Shown here piece by piece: positions 27,092 through 35,394 of a stretch of DNA of 64,000 nt. The stretch covers positions 1,373 through 65,372 of the forward strand of contig DFND01000053.1 in NCBI GenBank assembly GCA_002375895.1, in the 5' to 3' direction. The stretch comes from Firmicutes bacterium UBA3576 (GTDB taxonomy: Bacteria; Bacillota; Sulfobacillia; UBA3569). The position numbers and the translations under genes are program-made. Numbering within the stretch: the first letter of the stretch is position 1; every line of letters begins with the position of its first letter. The notes beneath the pieces were generated by a model. That model was not told where the DNA came from, did no database searches, and worked only from the letters and a program-made list of their open reading frames with translations.

Positions 27092-27331
27092 GTGAGAGTA
27101 GAGATCCGGGGGATAGAGAAGCTAAGCTTTCGCGAACGACAGGTTGTCGCCCTCAAGGAGACGGGGCTTAGCAACGAGGAAGTGGCGAGGCGGCTGGGTA
27201 TCTCAACTGGCACCGTGGCCACTTTGTTCCACCGTGCCCGCTCCAAGGGGTATGAAGTGGTAATCGTTCTCGCAGGGGACCCTCTGGCTCTATTTGACAC
27301 CACAGAGCATGAGGAGGCTGACGATGTCTAG
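27092..27331 (+). CDS. small stand-alone sigma-70 region-4 / LuxR-type HTH protein
   Basis: LSFRERQVVALKETGLSNEEVARRLGISTGTVATLFHRARSKG matches the sigma70_r4_2/GerE-type HTH pattern, followed by an acidic tail. Likely start is GTG 27092 (or 27080) after GGGTGG. The track start at 26915 would overlap yabQ. The stop overlaps the divIC start by 8 nt. Confidence 0.55.
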   Translation: MRVEIRGIEKLSFRERQVVALKETGLSNEEVARRLGISTGTVATLFHRARSKGYEVVIVLAGDPLALFDTTEHEEADDV

Positions 27332-27725
27332 GTTAGCGTCCGAGGAGCTTTTAAAGCTGCGCGATGAGGTCGCCCAAAGGGCTTTGCCCGGCAGGAGTGC
27401 CCGGAGAAAGGCCTCCTACTCGTCGCGCCCCTTTCTACGCCGACGTAAGATGCGGACAAGCACGCTTTTCCTGCTGCTCATAATGACTTATGTCCTCGGG
27501 ACCCTTGGACTACAGGAGCTGGAGCTGCGCCGGCTGGACCGTGAGTACAGGAGCATCCAAGCCCAGATCCACCAATACGAGGCCGAAAACCGGCAACTGG
27601 AGGCCGAGATCGAGCTGCTGCATTCTGACTCCTACCTGGAAAAACTCGCTCGTGAAGAGCTAGGCCTGGTGCGCGAGGGCGAGATCCCCTACATCCCCGT
27701 AACGCAAGATGCCCCCTCCCAATGA
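27324..27725 (+). CDS. divIC: septum formation initiator DivIC/FtsB family
   Basis: A single TM (LFLLLIMTYVLGTL) followed by a coiled coil (LELRRLDREYRSIQAQIHQYEAENRQLEAEIELL) and the conserved SDSYLEKLAREELGL. ATG 27324 lies 6 nt after GAGGAGG. Confidence 0.75.
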   Translation: MSRLASEELLKLRDEVAQRALPGRSARRKASYSSRPFLRRRKMRTSTLFLLLIMTYVLGTLGLQELELRRLDREYRSIQAQIHQYEAENRQLEAEIELLHSDSYLEKLAREELGLVREGEIPYIPVTQDAPSQ

Positions 27726-27800
27726 GGAGCTCCGCTCGTCCCTTGGGACCAGGAGTTCTTGTGCTCGAAGGAGAAGGAGGTCGTGCGGGCCTACTGGTCC

Positions 27801-27830
27801 TTGACATCGGTTGAGCGACGGATATATAAT
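27801..27830 (+). promoter_or_regulatory. candidate yabR promoter (-35 TTGACA, 18 nt, -10 TATAAT)
   Basis: Consensus hexamers TTGACA 27801-27806 and TATAAT 27825-27830. Confidence 0.5.
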
Positions 27831-27880
27831 CGTTACGATTAGATCATTTGCGAAAAGCGTACGGGGGGAATTTCCCAAGC

Positions 27881-28285
27881 ATGTCAATCGAAGTAGGAAG
27901 CATCGTAGAGGGCGTTGTAACAGGTATTACCCGCTTTGGCGCCTTTGTACAGTTGCCGGGAGGAGAAACCGGCCTGGTACACATCTCGGAGCTCGCCGAT
28001 GCCTACGTAAAGGATATCAGGGACTATATCAAAGAAAACGAACGGGTTAAGGTCAAGATCTTGTCCTATGATGAGAAGAACAAACGGATCGGCTTGTCCA
28101 TCCGCCAGGCCATGCAGCTGACCCCCCGTGAAGGTAGAGAGGCCCATCGCCGGAGCCACCGTCGGGGTCCGGCGTCTTTTGAGGAGAAGCTGGCCAGGTT
28201 CCTGAAGGAATCAGATGAACGGCAGGCCGACTTAAAGAAGGGCATGGAAGGCAAGAAGGGTAGACGCAACTCCCGTGCCTGGTAG
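27881..28285 (+). CDS. yabR: S1-domain RNA-binding protein YabR
   Basis: MSIEVGSIVEGVVTGITRFGAFVQLPGGETGLVHISELADAYVKDI is a classical S1 domain. Basic C-terminus. Confidence 0.85.
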   Translation: MSIEVGSIVEGVVTGITRFGAFVQLPGGETGLVHISELADAYVKDIRDYIKENERVKVKILSYDEKNKRIGLSIRQAMQLTPREGREAHRRSHRRGPASFEEKLARFLKESDERQADLKKGMEGKKGRRNSRAW

Positions 28286-28293
28286 CCTTGCTG

Positions 28294-28323
28294 TTGACTT
28301 CCCCTTGAGTCCGATACTATAAT
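28294..28323 (+). promoter_or_regulatory. candidate tRNA-Leu promoter (-35 TTGACT, 18 nt, -10 TATAAT)
   Basis: TTGACT 28294-28299 and TATAAT 28318-28323, located 31 nt upstream of the mature tRNA 5' end. Confidence 0.55.
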
Positions 28324-28354
28324 CAATCACGCCACCATAGGCCAGCGTTAAAGC

Positions 28355-28440
28355 GCCGGGATGGCGGAACTGGCAGACGCCATGGACTTAAAATCCATTG
28401 GGCTACTCAGCCCGTGCGGGTTCGAATCCCGCTCCCGGCA
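28355..28440 (+). tRNA. tRNA-Leu (anticodon TAA), type II with long variable arm
   Basis: Hand-folded. Acceptor GCCGGGA/TCCCGGC; anticodon stem ATGGA/TCCAT with loop CTTAAAA; long variable arm; T-arm GCGGG-TTCGAAT-CCCGC; discriminator A. No encoded CCA. Confidence 0.9.
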
Positions 28441-28451
28441 CAACTTCCCGA

Positions 28452-28480
28452 GCCCCTTGATGGAGGGGCGTTATTGGTTC
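28452..28480. terminator. weak hairpin terminator between tRNA-Leu and convergent pdaA
   Basis: GCCCCT (28452-57) pairs with AGGGGC (28464-69), followed by GTTATTGGTT. Short stem and a poor U-tract. Confidence 0.3.
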
Positions 28481-28505
28481 TCGCGCTCCCCGGTGGAAAG
28501 CCTCC

Positions 28506-29312
28506 CTATCGCGCCGGCGGCGTGATGGGCTCCAAGAGGGGCCTAAAGCGGTATCCGGCCGCTATTACTGAATCAACTATCACCTCCAGTTGCTCGGCCA
28601 CATCCTGAGAAGTTCCGTGTAACATGATGATGGCCCCGTCATGCAGGTAGTTGACGACCCCACGCACTGCAAGCGACGGATCCTCCATCGGCACCCAATC
28701 GACGATAGCGATGGTCCAAAAAACGGTTGAGTAACCCAGGTCCCGTGCCAGCTTCAGCACCCGCTCGCTGAACACTCCAGCGGGCGGCCTGAAAAGCCCG
28801 TGTGTATCGCCCACGAGGTCGCGTGCGGCCTCATCCCAACGCATGATCTCCAGCCTGACCTCCTCGTCAGACAAAGCTGTGAGGTCCTTGTGGCTCCAGG
28901 AGTGATTACCCAATAGGTGGCCCTCCTGCACAACTTGTTTTGCCAGGGCGGGAGCTGTTTCTAGCCAATGACCGGTGACGAAGAAGGCGGCTCGGATCCC
29001 CTCCTGCTCGAGGACTTTAAGTATATCGTCTGTGTAGCCTGCCTCGTAGCCCAAATTAAAGGTCAGCGCCACCGTCCTATTCCCGGTAGTGAGCATGTAA
29101 AGCGCCCCGTACTGGTCCGCCAGGTCGGTAAGGGTGCGGTCGATGAGGGGCGGCTTGCCCGCCCCTCTCTTGACGAATCCCCACGAGAGTCGCGTGTTGT
29201 CCACCCCTTGCTCGCGGCTGACGAGGTCGGTTCCTGCCGCCGCCCAAGCCACGGCTAAAAGGACGGCCAGGCCGGCGATCAATAGCCATTTTGCCTTACC
29301 CAACATCATCAA
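28506..29312 (-). CDS. pdaA: delta-lactam-biosynthetic de-N-acetylase (polysaccharide deacetylase, PdaA-like)
   Basis: Near end-to-end resemblance to B. subtilis PdaA as I recall it: WGF.R...P, LTFNLGYEAGYT, FFVTGHW, GHLLGNHSWSH, RPPAGVFSE, GY.TVFW..A.VDW, plus a signal anchor. Confidence 0.8.
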   Translation of the reverse strand: MMMLGKAKWLLIAGLAVLLAVAWAAAGTDLVSREQGVDNTRLSWGFVKRGAGKPPLIDRTLTDLADQYGALYMLTTGNRTVALTFNLGYEAGYTDDILKVLEQEGIRAAFFVTGHWLETAPALAKQVVQEGHLLGNHSWSHKDLTALSDEEVRLEIMRWDEAARDLVGDTHGLFRPPAGVFSERVLKLARDLGYSTVFWTIAIVDWVPMEDPSLAVRGVVNYLHDGAIIMLHGTSQDVAEQLEVIVDSVIAAGYRFRPLLEPITPPAR

Positions 29313-29405
29313 GTTAACCTCCTCAAGCGTATCCTGCTACCCAAAGCCCTAGAACATGCAATTAACGTGAGGTTGCCACGACCCCGGCCGCGGATAGATA
29401 ACTTC

Positions 29406-29434
29406 TTGACTGAACGCAGCTGGCGAGGTATTAT
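29406..29434 (+). promoter_or_regulatory. candidate tRNA operon promoter P1 (-35 TTGACT, 17 nt, -10 TATTAT)
   Basis: TTGACT 29406-29411 and TATTAT 29429-29434. Confidence 0.5.
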
Positions 29435-29463
29435 CTTGATGCCGATGGCCGGTTCGCACACCC

Positions 29464-29492
29464 TTGCAAAGGTCGGCAACGTCGTATATAAT
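29464..29492 (+). promoter_or_regulatory. candidate tRNA operon promoter P2 (-35 TTGCAA, 17 nt, -10 TATAAT)
   Basis: TTGCAA 29464-29469 and TATAAT 29487-29492, located 17 nt upstream of tRNA-Met. Confidence 0.5.
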
Positions 29493-29509
29493 AATACCTG
29501 CTGAATCTA

Positions 29510-29583
29510 GGCGGCGTAGCTCAGTTGGTGAGAGCACACGGTTCATACCCGTGGAGTCGCTGGTTCGAATCCAGCCGCCGCTA
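29510..29583 (+). tRNA. tRNA-Met (anticodon CAT), elongator type
   Basis: Hand-folded. Acceptor GGCGGCG/CGCCGCT; anticodon stem CACGG/CCGTG with loop TTCATAC; T-arm GCTGG-TTCGAAT-CCAGC. It lacks the initiator features (3 GC pairs in the anticodon stem, a C1xA72 mismatch). Confidence 0.9.
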
Positions 29584-29590
29584 CTGGTGC

Positions 29591-29663
29591 GGGCCAGTAG
29601 CTCAACTGGTAGAGCAGCTGACTCTTAATCAGTTGGTTGAGGGTTCGAGTCCTTCCTGGCCCA
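29591..29663 (+). tRNA. tRNA-Lys (anticodon CTT)
   Basis: Hand-folded. Acceptor GGGCCAG/CTGGCCC; D-arm GCTC/GAGC; anticodon stem GCTGA/TCAGT with loop CTCTTAA; T-arm GAGGG-TTCGAGT-CCTTC. Confidence 0.9.
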
Positions 29664-29670
29664 CAGTCCA

Positions 29671-29697
29671 AGGCCCACCCCGTGAGGTGGGCCTTTT
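29671..29697 (+). terminator. intrinsic terminator after the tRNA-Met/Lys pair
   Basis: AGGCCCACC (29671-79) pairs with GGTGGGCCT (29686-94), followed by TTTT. Confidence 0.7.
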
Positions 29698-29711
29698 CCC
29701 TGCCCCCATCC

Positions 29712-29794
29712 TTCGACGCCTCTGTCGTATTTTTTGGGGCGATACATGCCTTGAACCGACAAACGTCTATTCACGCCTAGTGTAAAATTCCTCC
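29712..29794 (+). promoter_or_regulatory. candidate Spo0A-dependent spoIIE promoter region: three 0A-like boxes and a -10 TAAAAT placed for a leaderless transcript
   Basis: TTCGACG (29712-18), TGTCGTA (29723-29) and ACCGACA (29755-61) are 6/7, 6/7 and 5/7 matches to TGTCGAA or its complement. TAAAAT 29783-88 lies exactly 6 nt before the A of ATG 29795. There is no good -35 and no SD (TCCTCC precedes the ATG). Confidence 0.3.
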
Positions 29795-31798
29795 ATGGAT
29801 ATAGTTCTCCGGCTCAAGGCCACATTGCGAGAGACCTTGCGGAAGAAGATCCCGAAGGACCTCGTAGACGCAGTGGGCCAGGGAATACTAGCGTTCTTCC
29901 TGGCGCGGGCGAGTATAGGAGGTTGGTTGAGCCCGTTCTTTCCCGCCTACCTGGCAGTGCTCAGCGCAGGGCCACGCGCCGCCTTCATCGCGGGTTGTCT
30001 TGGCGCCTTGGCCGGTGCCTATGGCGGAGGTGACTTCGTCGGTGATGTCGTCACCGCCGGCGGTATAACAATACTCCACCTCTTGCCACGCCTGAGGAGC
30101 GAGATGCGTTCGTCGCCGGTCAGGATGGCGTTGCTCGCGGCGGCGGTGGTGATGATAACGCGAGGGGCCACGGGAGTCCTAGCGGACCCCAGAGTCGCTA
30201 TGCTTACGGGGTTGGCCGAGGGCCCCTTCGTCCTGGTGTTGGTGCTGGTCTTTCGAAGGGGGCTGGAGGCTCACCACGATTTCGACTCCGAGCGTCTGGT
30301 CTGTCGGTGTATCGTGTTCGCCGCAGGGGTGGCGGGGGCACACGGTCTCCAATTTATGGGCCTATCGTTGCAGTCGTTCCTTGGGGCCCTGTTGGTGATG
30401 GTCGCAGGCCTTTCACGTGGAATGGGCTTTGGGGCCAGCGCGGGCACCATCATCGGGCTCCTGGAGGCGGTGGCCGGAAACCTCGTCCCGATGCGCATCG
30501 GCTTCCTGGCCCTAGGAGGCCTGCTCTCGGGCGCATTAGCCGGTTTGGGCCGTGTGGGCGCTGCGGTGGGATTCTCGCTCGGAACGGTCTTGCTCAGGAT
30601 ATCGCAGGGGCTACAGCCCTGGGAGGGCCTCTGGGAGGTCTTATCCGCCGGCGCGCTGCTATGGGTAGTGCCTTCTCCCTTTGAGCAACCCGAGGACGGA
30701 CAACGGCGAACGCTCCATCAACGCGAAATACACGGCCTTTCGACGGTCTTCCGGGAGCTAGCTGCGGCCTTTGAAGAGGGGAAGGCCAAAGATCAAGAGC
30801 CTGGGCCACGTAATCTGCTGGAAGCGGTTATAGATAGGGTTTGCACGGGGTGCAAGGGCTACGTCCTCTGTTGGAACCAGAACTTCTACCAGACATACCG
30901 AGGCTTCTTGGACCTTCTGGACAGAGAGGGCCAGCCCGACTTGCTCATGGTGCGCAGGAATGTGCCTCAGTGCGGGCGGCCCGGAGAGGTCGCTACGGCA
31001 GTGGGCCATATCATGGAGCTCAGCCATCTTGACCTCTTCTGGCGGCGTCGTATGGTTGCAAACAGAGAAGTAATGGCCAGACAGCTGCGAAACATGGCGG
31101 AGATAATAGAGGACCTCAATCTCCAAGGCCGCGGCCCGCGCGAGGAACGAGGGGTACCTGCGCTGAGGGTGAGGACGGGAGCTGCCGAGGCCTCAGGAGA
31201 GCGGGTCTCAGGCGATAGTTACCTCATCCGCTATCTGTCTGGGAAGAGGCGGGTGGCCCTGGTCTTGAGTGACGGTATGGGGACCGGGCCCAGGGCAGCG
31301 GCGGAAAGCCGCCTGGCTACGGCCCTGCTAGATAGGCTATTGGTCACGGGGTTTGAACGCAAACTGGCCATTGACACCGTTAACTCCGTGTTGTTGCTGA
31401 GGTCGCAGGAGGATTCCTTTGCCACGTTGGACGTGGCGATGGTGGACCTCGTCCGCTGCCAGGTGGAGTTCCTCAAGGTCGGGTCGGCCCCCTCCTTCGT
31501 GGTCAAAGAGGGGAAAGTATGGGTCATTCGATCGACCTCCGTTCCGGTGGGGATCCTCACGAGTGTAGAGTTGGAGAGCGTGGAGGTCGACGTGGGACCG
31601 GGGACCATGTTGGTTATGGCCACGGACGGCCTCCTATCAGGAGTTGAGGACCCGGCGGAAGCCGAGAGGTGGATCTACGCTTACTTAAGGAGGGCGGACT
31701 CCGCTGAACCCTCGGTCGTAGCCAGGACCCTGTGCGAGGAAGCTGCGTCGAGGGCTGTGGATGACGATATCACGGTCTTGGTGGCTTCTTTCTTCTGA
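29795..31798 (+). CDS. spoIIE: stage II sporulation protein E (membrane PP2C phosphatase)
   Basis: Polytopic N-terminal half of about 300 aa, then a SpoIIE/PP2C domain (VSGDSYL, LSDGMGTGPRAA, ATLDVAMVDL, MATDGL). Confidence 0.85.
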   Translation: MDIVLRLKATLRETLRKKIPKDLVDAVGQGILAFFLARASIGGWLSPFFPAYLAVLSAGPRAAFIAGCLGALAGAYGGGDFVGDVVTAGGITILHLLPRLRSEMRSSPVRMALLAAAVVMITRGATGVLADPRVAMLTGLAEGPFVLVLVLVFRRGLEAHHDFDSERLVCRCIVFAAGVAGAHGLQFMGLSLQSFLGALLVMVAGLSRGMGFGASAGTIIGLLEAVAGNLVPMRIGFLALGGLLSGALAGLGRVGAAVGFSLGTVLLRISQGLQPWEGLWEVLSAGALLWVVPSPFEQPEDGQRRTLHQREIHGLSTVFRELAAAFEEGKAKDQEPGPRNLLEAVIDRVCTGCKGYVLCWNQNFYQTYRGFLDLLDREGQPDLLMVRRNVPQCGRPGEVATAVGHIMELSHLDLFWRRRMVANREVMARQLRNMAEIIEDLNLQGRGPREERGVPALRVRTGAAEASGERVSGDSYLIRYLSGKRRVALVLSDGMGTGPRAAAESRLATALLDRLLVTGFERKLAIDTVNSVLLLRSQEDSFATLDVAMVDLVRCQVEFLKVGSAPSFVVKEGKVWVIRSTSVPVGILTSVELESVEVDVGPGTMLVMATDGLLSGVEDPAEAERWIYAYLRRADSAEPSVVARTLCEEAASRAVDDDITVLVASFF

Positions 31799-31827
31799 GA
31801 CAATTCCTCTCCCCAACCCATCCTCTG

Positions 31828-31856
31828 GGTGTGGCGTAAGCCACACCTCTTTTTTT
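31828..31856 (+). terminator. intrinsic terminator after spoIIE
   Basis: GGTGTGGC (31828-35) - GTAA loop - GCCACACC (31840-47), followed by TCTTTTTTT. Confidence 0.8.
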
Positions 31857-32016
31857 GAACCTTCAGCGCACGAGAGAGAGCCAAAAGCACCCTTCACCTG
31901 ACCCTCATTTATAACTTCGTGCCCAATGGGTTAAAATGCCAACAGAACCAGAGTTGGAGGAATATACGGTGGGTGGGTAGAAGAGGCTGAGATAGGCCGG
32001 TTAGACGGGTGATAAG

Positions 32017-33489
32017 ATGAGGAGTTTCCTTGAGAAGGTCTACCGTACCATCAGACGTTTTAGGATGATAGATAGAGGGGACCTGGTTGTGGTCGCCTAT
32101 TCGGGTGGGCCCGACTCTATGGCCCTGCTGCACGCTCTCTACGAGCTACGGGAGCGCCTATCCTGTCGACTGCACATAGCCCATCTACACCACGGGATGC
32201 GAGGGGAGGAGGCGGCGAGGGACGCCCGGGAGGCCCTCAGCAAGGGTTGGGAGCTCGGCGTGCCCGTAAGCATCAAGTACGTCGAGGTGCCCCGCATGGC
32301 AGAGGTCTGGGGAGTGGGGGAGGAGGTTGCCGGCCGCAGGGCCCGGTACGATTTTCTCACCGAGGTGTGCCGTGCCCGAGGGGCGACCCGTCTGGCCACG
32401 GGCCACAACCTCAACGACCAGGCCGAGACGGTCCTCCTTAACCTGTTCCGGGGGGCCGGGTTGGACGGCCTCGCCGGCATCCCGGCCGTAAGGGACTTGA
32501 CCGAAGGGGTCAAGGTTATAAGGCCTCTGCTAGAGGTCTCCCGGCAGGAGATCGAAGAGTTCTGTAGAGCCATGGGTCTGAAGCCCATCATCGACCGCAC
32601 CAACATCGAGGCGGATTACGCACGCAATAGGCTTAGACAGAGGCTCCTGCCCGTTATCAAGGAGGAGTTTGGCCCGACTGCCTTGGAAGTTCTGTCCCGC
32701 TTGGCTGCGCAGGTGCGCGACGAGCTCGGTGTGCTTGAGGGGATGGCGGAGGAAGCCGCCAGCCAGATCATCCGAGAGGCCGGTGAGGGGCGTGTTGTAC
32801 TGGACAGGGCGACCCTTGCTTCTCAGCCGAGGGCAATAGCCCGTCGGGTCGTGAGGGCGGTCCTCAGAAGGATGAGGGGAGGGCTGGAGGGGTTCACTTT
32901 TAGTCACGTAGAGGCCGTATTGGCCCTGGTCGGCAGCGCTGAGGGTTCACGGGAATGTCGGCTGCCCTTTGGGATCGTCGTCCGACGAGAGTACGAACTG
33001 ATTACCTTTCTGAGACGGCCAAGTCGTCAGATCCCAGAGCCCAAGCGGGTGCTGCCGGTTCCGGGCGAGGCTCCCTGGGGGAAGGCGGGCGTAGTAAGGG
33101 CGAGAGTGCTTTCGCGAGAGGAGCTGCCTCCGGACTGGCGAGAGTACTGCACCCAGCGGGCCTATATAGACCTCACCGCCGTCACCCGTCCATTATATCT
33201 TCGGTCACGAAGGCCGGGCGACACCTTTCATCCCCTGGGGGCGCCTGGTAGGAAGAAGTTGAAGGATTTCTTCATCGACGAGAAGGTTCCGGCCGCCAGG
33301 AGGGACATGGTCCCCTTGGTGGTAGACGAAGAGGGGAAGATAGTGTGGGTGGTAGGGCACAGGATTGACGACAGTGTACGGGTACTGGAGCATACGTGGG
33401 CAATTCTGGAGTTGAGTTACGTCAATTGTCAACGTGGGCTGAAATATGATACAATAAAGCAGCGTCCGCACAGGTCGAAAGCCCGTTGA
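32017..33489 (+). CDS. tilS: tRNA(Ile)-lysidine synthase
   Basis: PP-loop VAYSGGPDSMALL, plus HLHHGMRG and ATGHNLNDQAET motifs. Position after spoIIE matches B. subtilis. Confidence 0.9.
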   Translation: MRSFLEKVYRTIRRFRMIDRGDLVVVAYSGGPDSMALLHALYELRERLSCRLHIAHLHHGMRGEEAARDAREALSKGWELGVPVSIKYVEVPRMAEVWGVGEEVAGRRARYDFLTEVCRARGATRLATGHNLNDQAETVLLNLFRGAGLDGLAGIPAVRDLTEGVKVIRPLLEVSRQEIEEFCRAMGLKPIIDRTNIEADYARNRLRQRLLPVIKEEFGPTALEVLSRLAAQVRDELGVLEGMAEEAASQIIREAGEGRVVLDRATLASQPRAIARRVVRAVLRRMRGGLEGFTFSHVEAVLALVGSAEGSRECRLPFGIVVRREYELITFLRRPSRQIPEPKRVLPVPGEAPWGKAGVVRARVLSREELPPDWREYCTQRAYIDLTAVTRPLYLRSRRPGDTFHPLGAPGRKKLKDFFIDEKVPAARRDMVPLVVDEEGKIVWVVGHRIDDSVRVLEHTWAILELSYVNCQRGLKYDTIKQRPHRSKAR

Positions 33490-33565
33490 GTATCCTGTGG
33501 CGGGCCATTAATTATTGTCAATTGCGTGGCTAACTCAAGGGCCGAAGAAGGGATGGTGGCGGGAG

Positions 33566-35383
33566 ATGCAGAGGCTCCTCGGAAGCGTCCTGTTCTATAT
33601 ATTACTCCTTTTCCTGACGATGTCGATAGCCAATTATCTAGTTGGCCAGAGTACGCCTGTTAAGGATATTGATTACGACGACTTCATCAAGCTCGTGACC
33701 GAGGGCGAAGTGGACAGCGTTGTGATCGTCCAACAAACCGAGGGCAACGAAGTACAGGGCAAGCTGGCCGATGGGACGGAGTTCAGAGTAGTCCTACCGA
33801 AGGACCCGGCCCTGTACACCATGCTCCGGGAACGTGGGGTGGACACACGCTTTCAACTAGAGAAGGGCCCTCCCTGGTGGAGCACGCTCTTGTTCAACAT
33901 CCTGCCCATCGTGTTAGTGGTCGGAGCGTTATTCTGGATAATGCAGCAGAGCCAGGGCGGCGGCAACCGGGTGATGCAGTTCGGCAAGAGCCGGGCCCGT
34001 CTACACACGGGGGAGAGCAAGCCCAAGGTTAGCTTTGACGACGTCGCCGGGGTCGATGAGGTGAAGGAGGAGCTTCAGGAGATCGTCGATTTCCTGAAGC
34101 ATCCCAAGAAATATCTGGACCTCGGGGCCAGGATCCCAAAGGGCGTGCTCCTGTACGGTGCGCCGGGCACCGGCAAAACCCTCTTGGCACGGGCCATCGC
34201 CGGTGAGGCCGGAGTGCCCTTTCTGAGCATCAGCGGGTCGGACTTCGTGGAGATGTTCGTCGGTGTGGGCGCCTCCCGCGTGCGGGATCTCTTCGACCAA
34301 GCCAAGAAGAACTCGCCCTGTATAGTCTTTATCGACGAGATCGACGCCGTAGGTCGGCAACGAGGTGCCGGTTACGGCGGTGGACACGACGAAAGAGAAC
34401 AGACCTTGAACCAGCTCCTGGTCGAAATGGATGGTTTCGGCGTTAACGAGGGTATCATCGTCATGGCGGCCACCAACCGGCCTGACGTGCTCGACCCGGC
34501 CCTGCTGCGCCCGGGCAGGTTCGACCGCCAGATAATTATCGATAAGCCCGATCTCAAGGGTCGGGAGGCCATATTCAAAGTCCACGTCAGGGGTAAGCCG
34601 TTGGACGACGATGTGGACCTCGAGGTCCTGGCCAAGCGCACCCCGGGATTTACGGGCGCCGATATCCAGAACGCCGTCAACGAAGCCGCGTTGTTGACGG
34701 CCCGCAAGGGCAAGAAGAAGATAAGCATGGAGGAGCTGGAACAGGCCATTGATAGGGTCGTGGCCGGCCCGGAGAAGAAGTCCCGGATCATCAGTGAGAA
34801 GGAGAAACAGATCGTAGCCTTCCATGAGGCGGCCCACGCTTTGGTCGGAAAGCTCCTTAAAAACACGGATCCGGTGCACAAGGTCTCCATCATTCCGAGG
34901 GGCGCGGCGCTGGGTTACGTGCTGCAGCTTCCCATAGAGGACAGATACCTGATCACTAAATCAGAGATCCTCGACCGAGTAACTATGGCCTTGGCCGGGC
35001 GCGCTGCTGAGGCATTGGTCTTCGAGGAGATCAGCACAGGAGCTCAGGATGACCTCGAGAAGGCCACTAAGATGATCAGGAAGATGGTCACCGAGTTCGG
35101 CATGTCCGAGGAGCTGGGCCCCTTGACCTTCGGCAACAAACAGGATACCCCCTTCTTGGGGCGTGACCTGGCCCGCGACCCGAATTACAGCGAGGAGGTA
35201 GCGGCGGCCATCGACCGAGAGGTCCGTAACATGGTTAATTACTGTTACAAGCGCGCGCAGGACATCCTGGCCAAGAACAGGGCCGTTCTGAACAAGATAG
35301 CCAACACCCTCATGGAGAAGGAGACGCTGGAGGGCTCGGAGCTCGAGGCCCTGCTCAGGGAGTCGGCAGAGAGGGCCAGCTAG
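33566..35383 (+). CDS. ftsH: ATP-dependent zinc metalloprotease FtsH
   Basis: Two TM segments, Walker [14 protein letters not shown], Walker [12 protein letters not shown], and the zinc site HEAAHAL. The start is either ATG 33566 or upstream TTG 33515. Confidence 0.95.
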   Translation: MQRLLGSVLFYILLLFLTMSIANYLVGQSTPVKDIDYDDFIKLVTEGEVDSVVIVQQTEGNEVQGKLADGTEFRVVLPKDPALYTMLRERGVDTRFQLEKGPPWWSTLLFNILPIVLVVGALFWIMQQSQGGGNRVMQFGKSRARLHTGESKPKVSFDDVAGVDEVKEELQEIVDFLKHPKKYLDLGARIPKGVLLYGAPGTGKTLLARAIAGEAGVPFLSISGSDFVEMFVGVGASRVRDLFDQAKKNSPCIVFIDEIDAVGRQRGAGYGGGHDEREQTLNQLLVEMDGFGVNEGIIVMAATNRPDVLDPALLRPGRFDRQIIIDKPDLKGREAIFKVHVRGKPLDDDVDLEVLAKRTPGFTGADIQNAVNEAALLTARKGKKKISMEELEQAIDRVVAGPEKKSRIISEKEKQIVAFHEAAHALVGKLLKNTDPVHKVSIIPRGAALGYVLQLPIEDRYLITKSEILDRVTMALAGRAAEALVFEEISTGAQDDLEKATKMIRKMVTEFGMSEELGPLTFGNKQDTPFLGRDLARDPNYSEEVAAAIDREVRNMVNYCYKRAQDILAKNRAVLNKIANTLMEKETLEGSELEALLRESAERAS

Positions 35384-35394
35384 CTCGTTGCTCC

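Noticed and set aside
29510-29583. tRNA-CAT as initiator tRNA-fMet, or as tRNA-Ile2 (the lysidine substrate of the nearby tilS)
   Set aside because: The anticodon stem lacks the three consecutive G-C pairs, and position 1-72 is G-U rather than the C-A mismatch of initiators. The anticodon arm (ACGGTTCATACCCGT) matches the elongator tRNA-Met pattern I recall rather than tRNA-Ile2. The distinction from Ile2 needs a covariance-model check.
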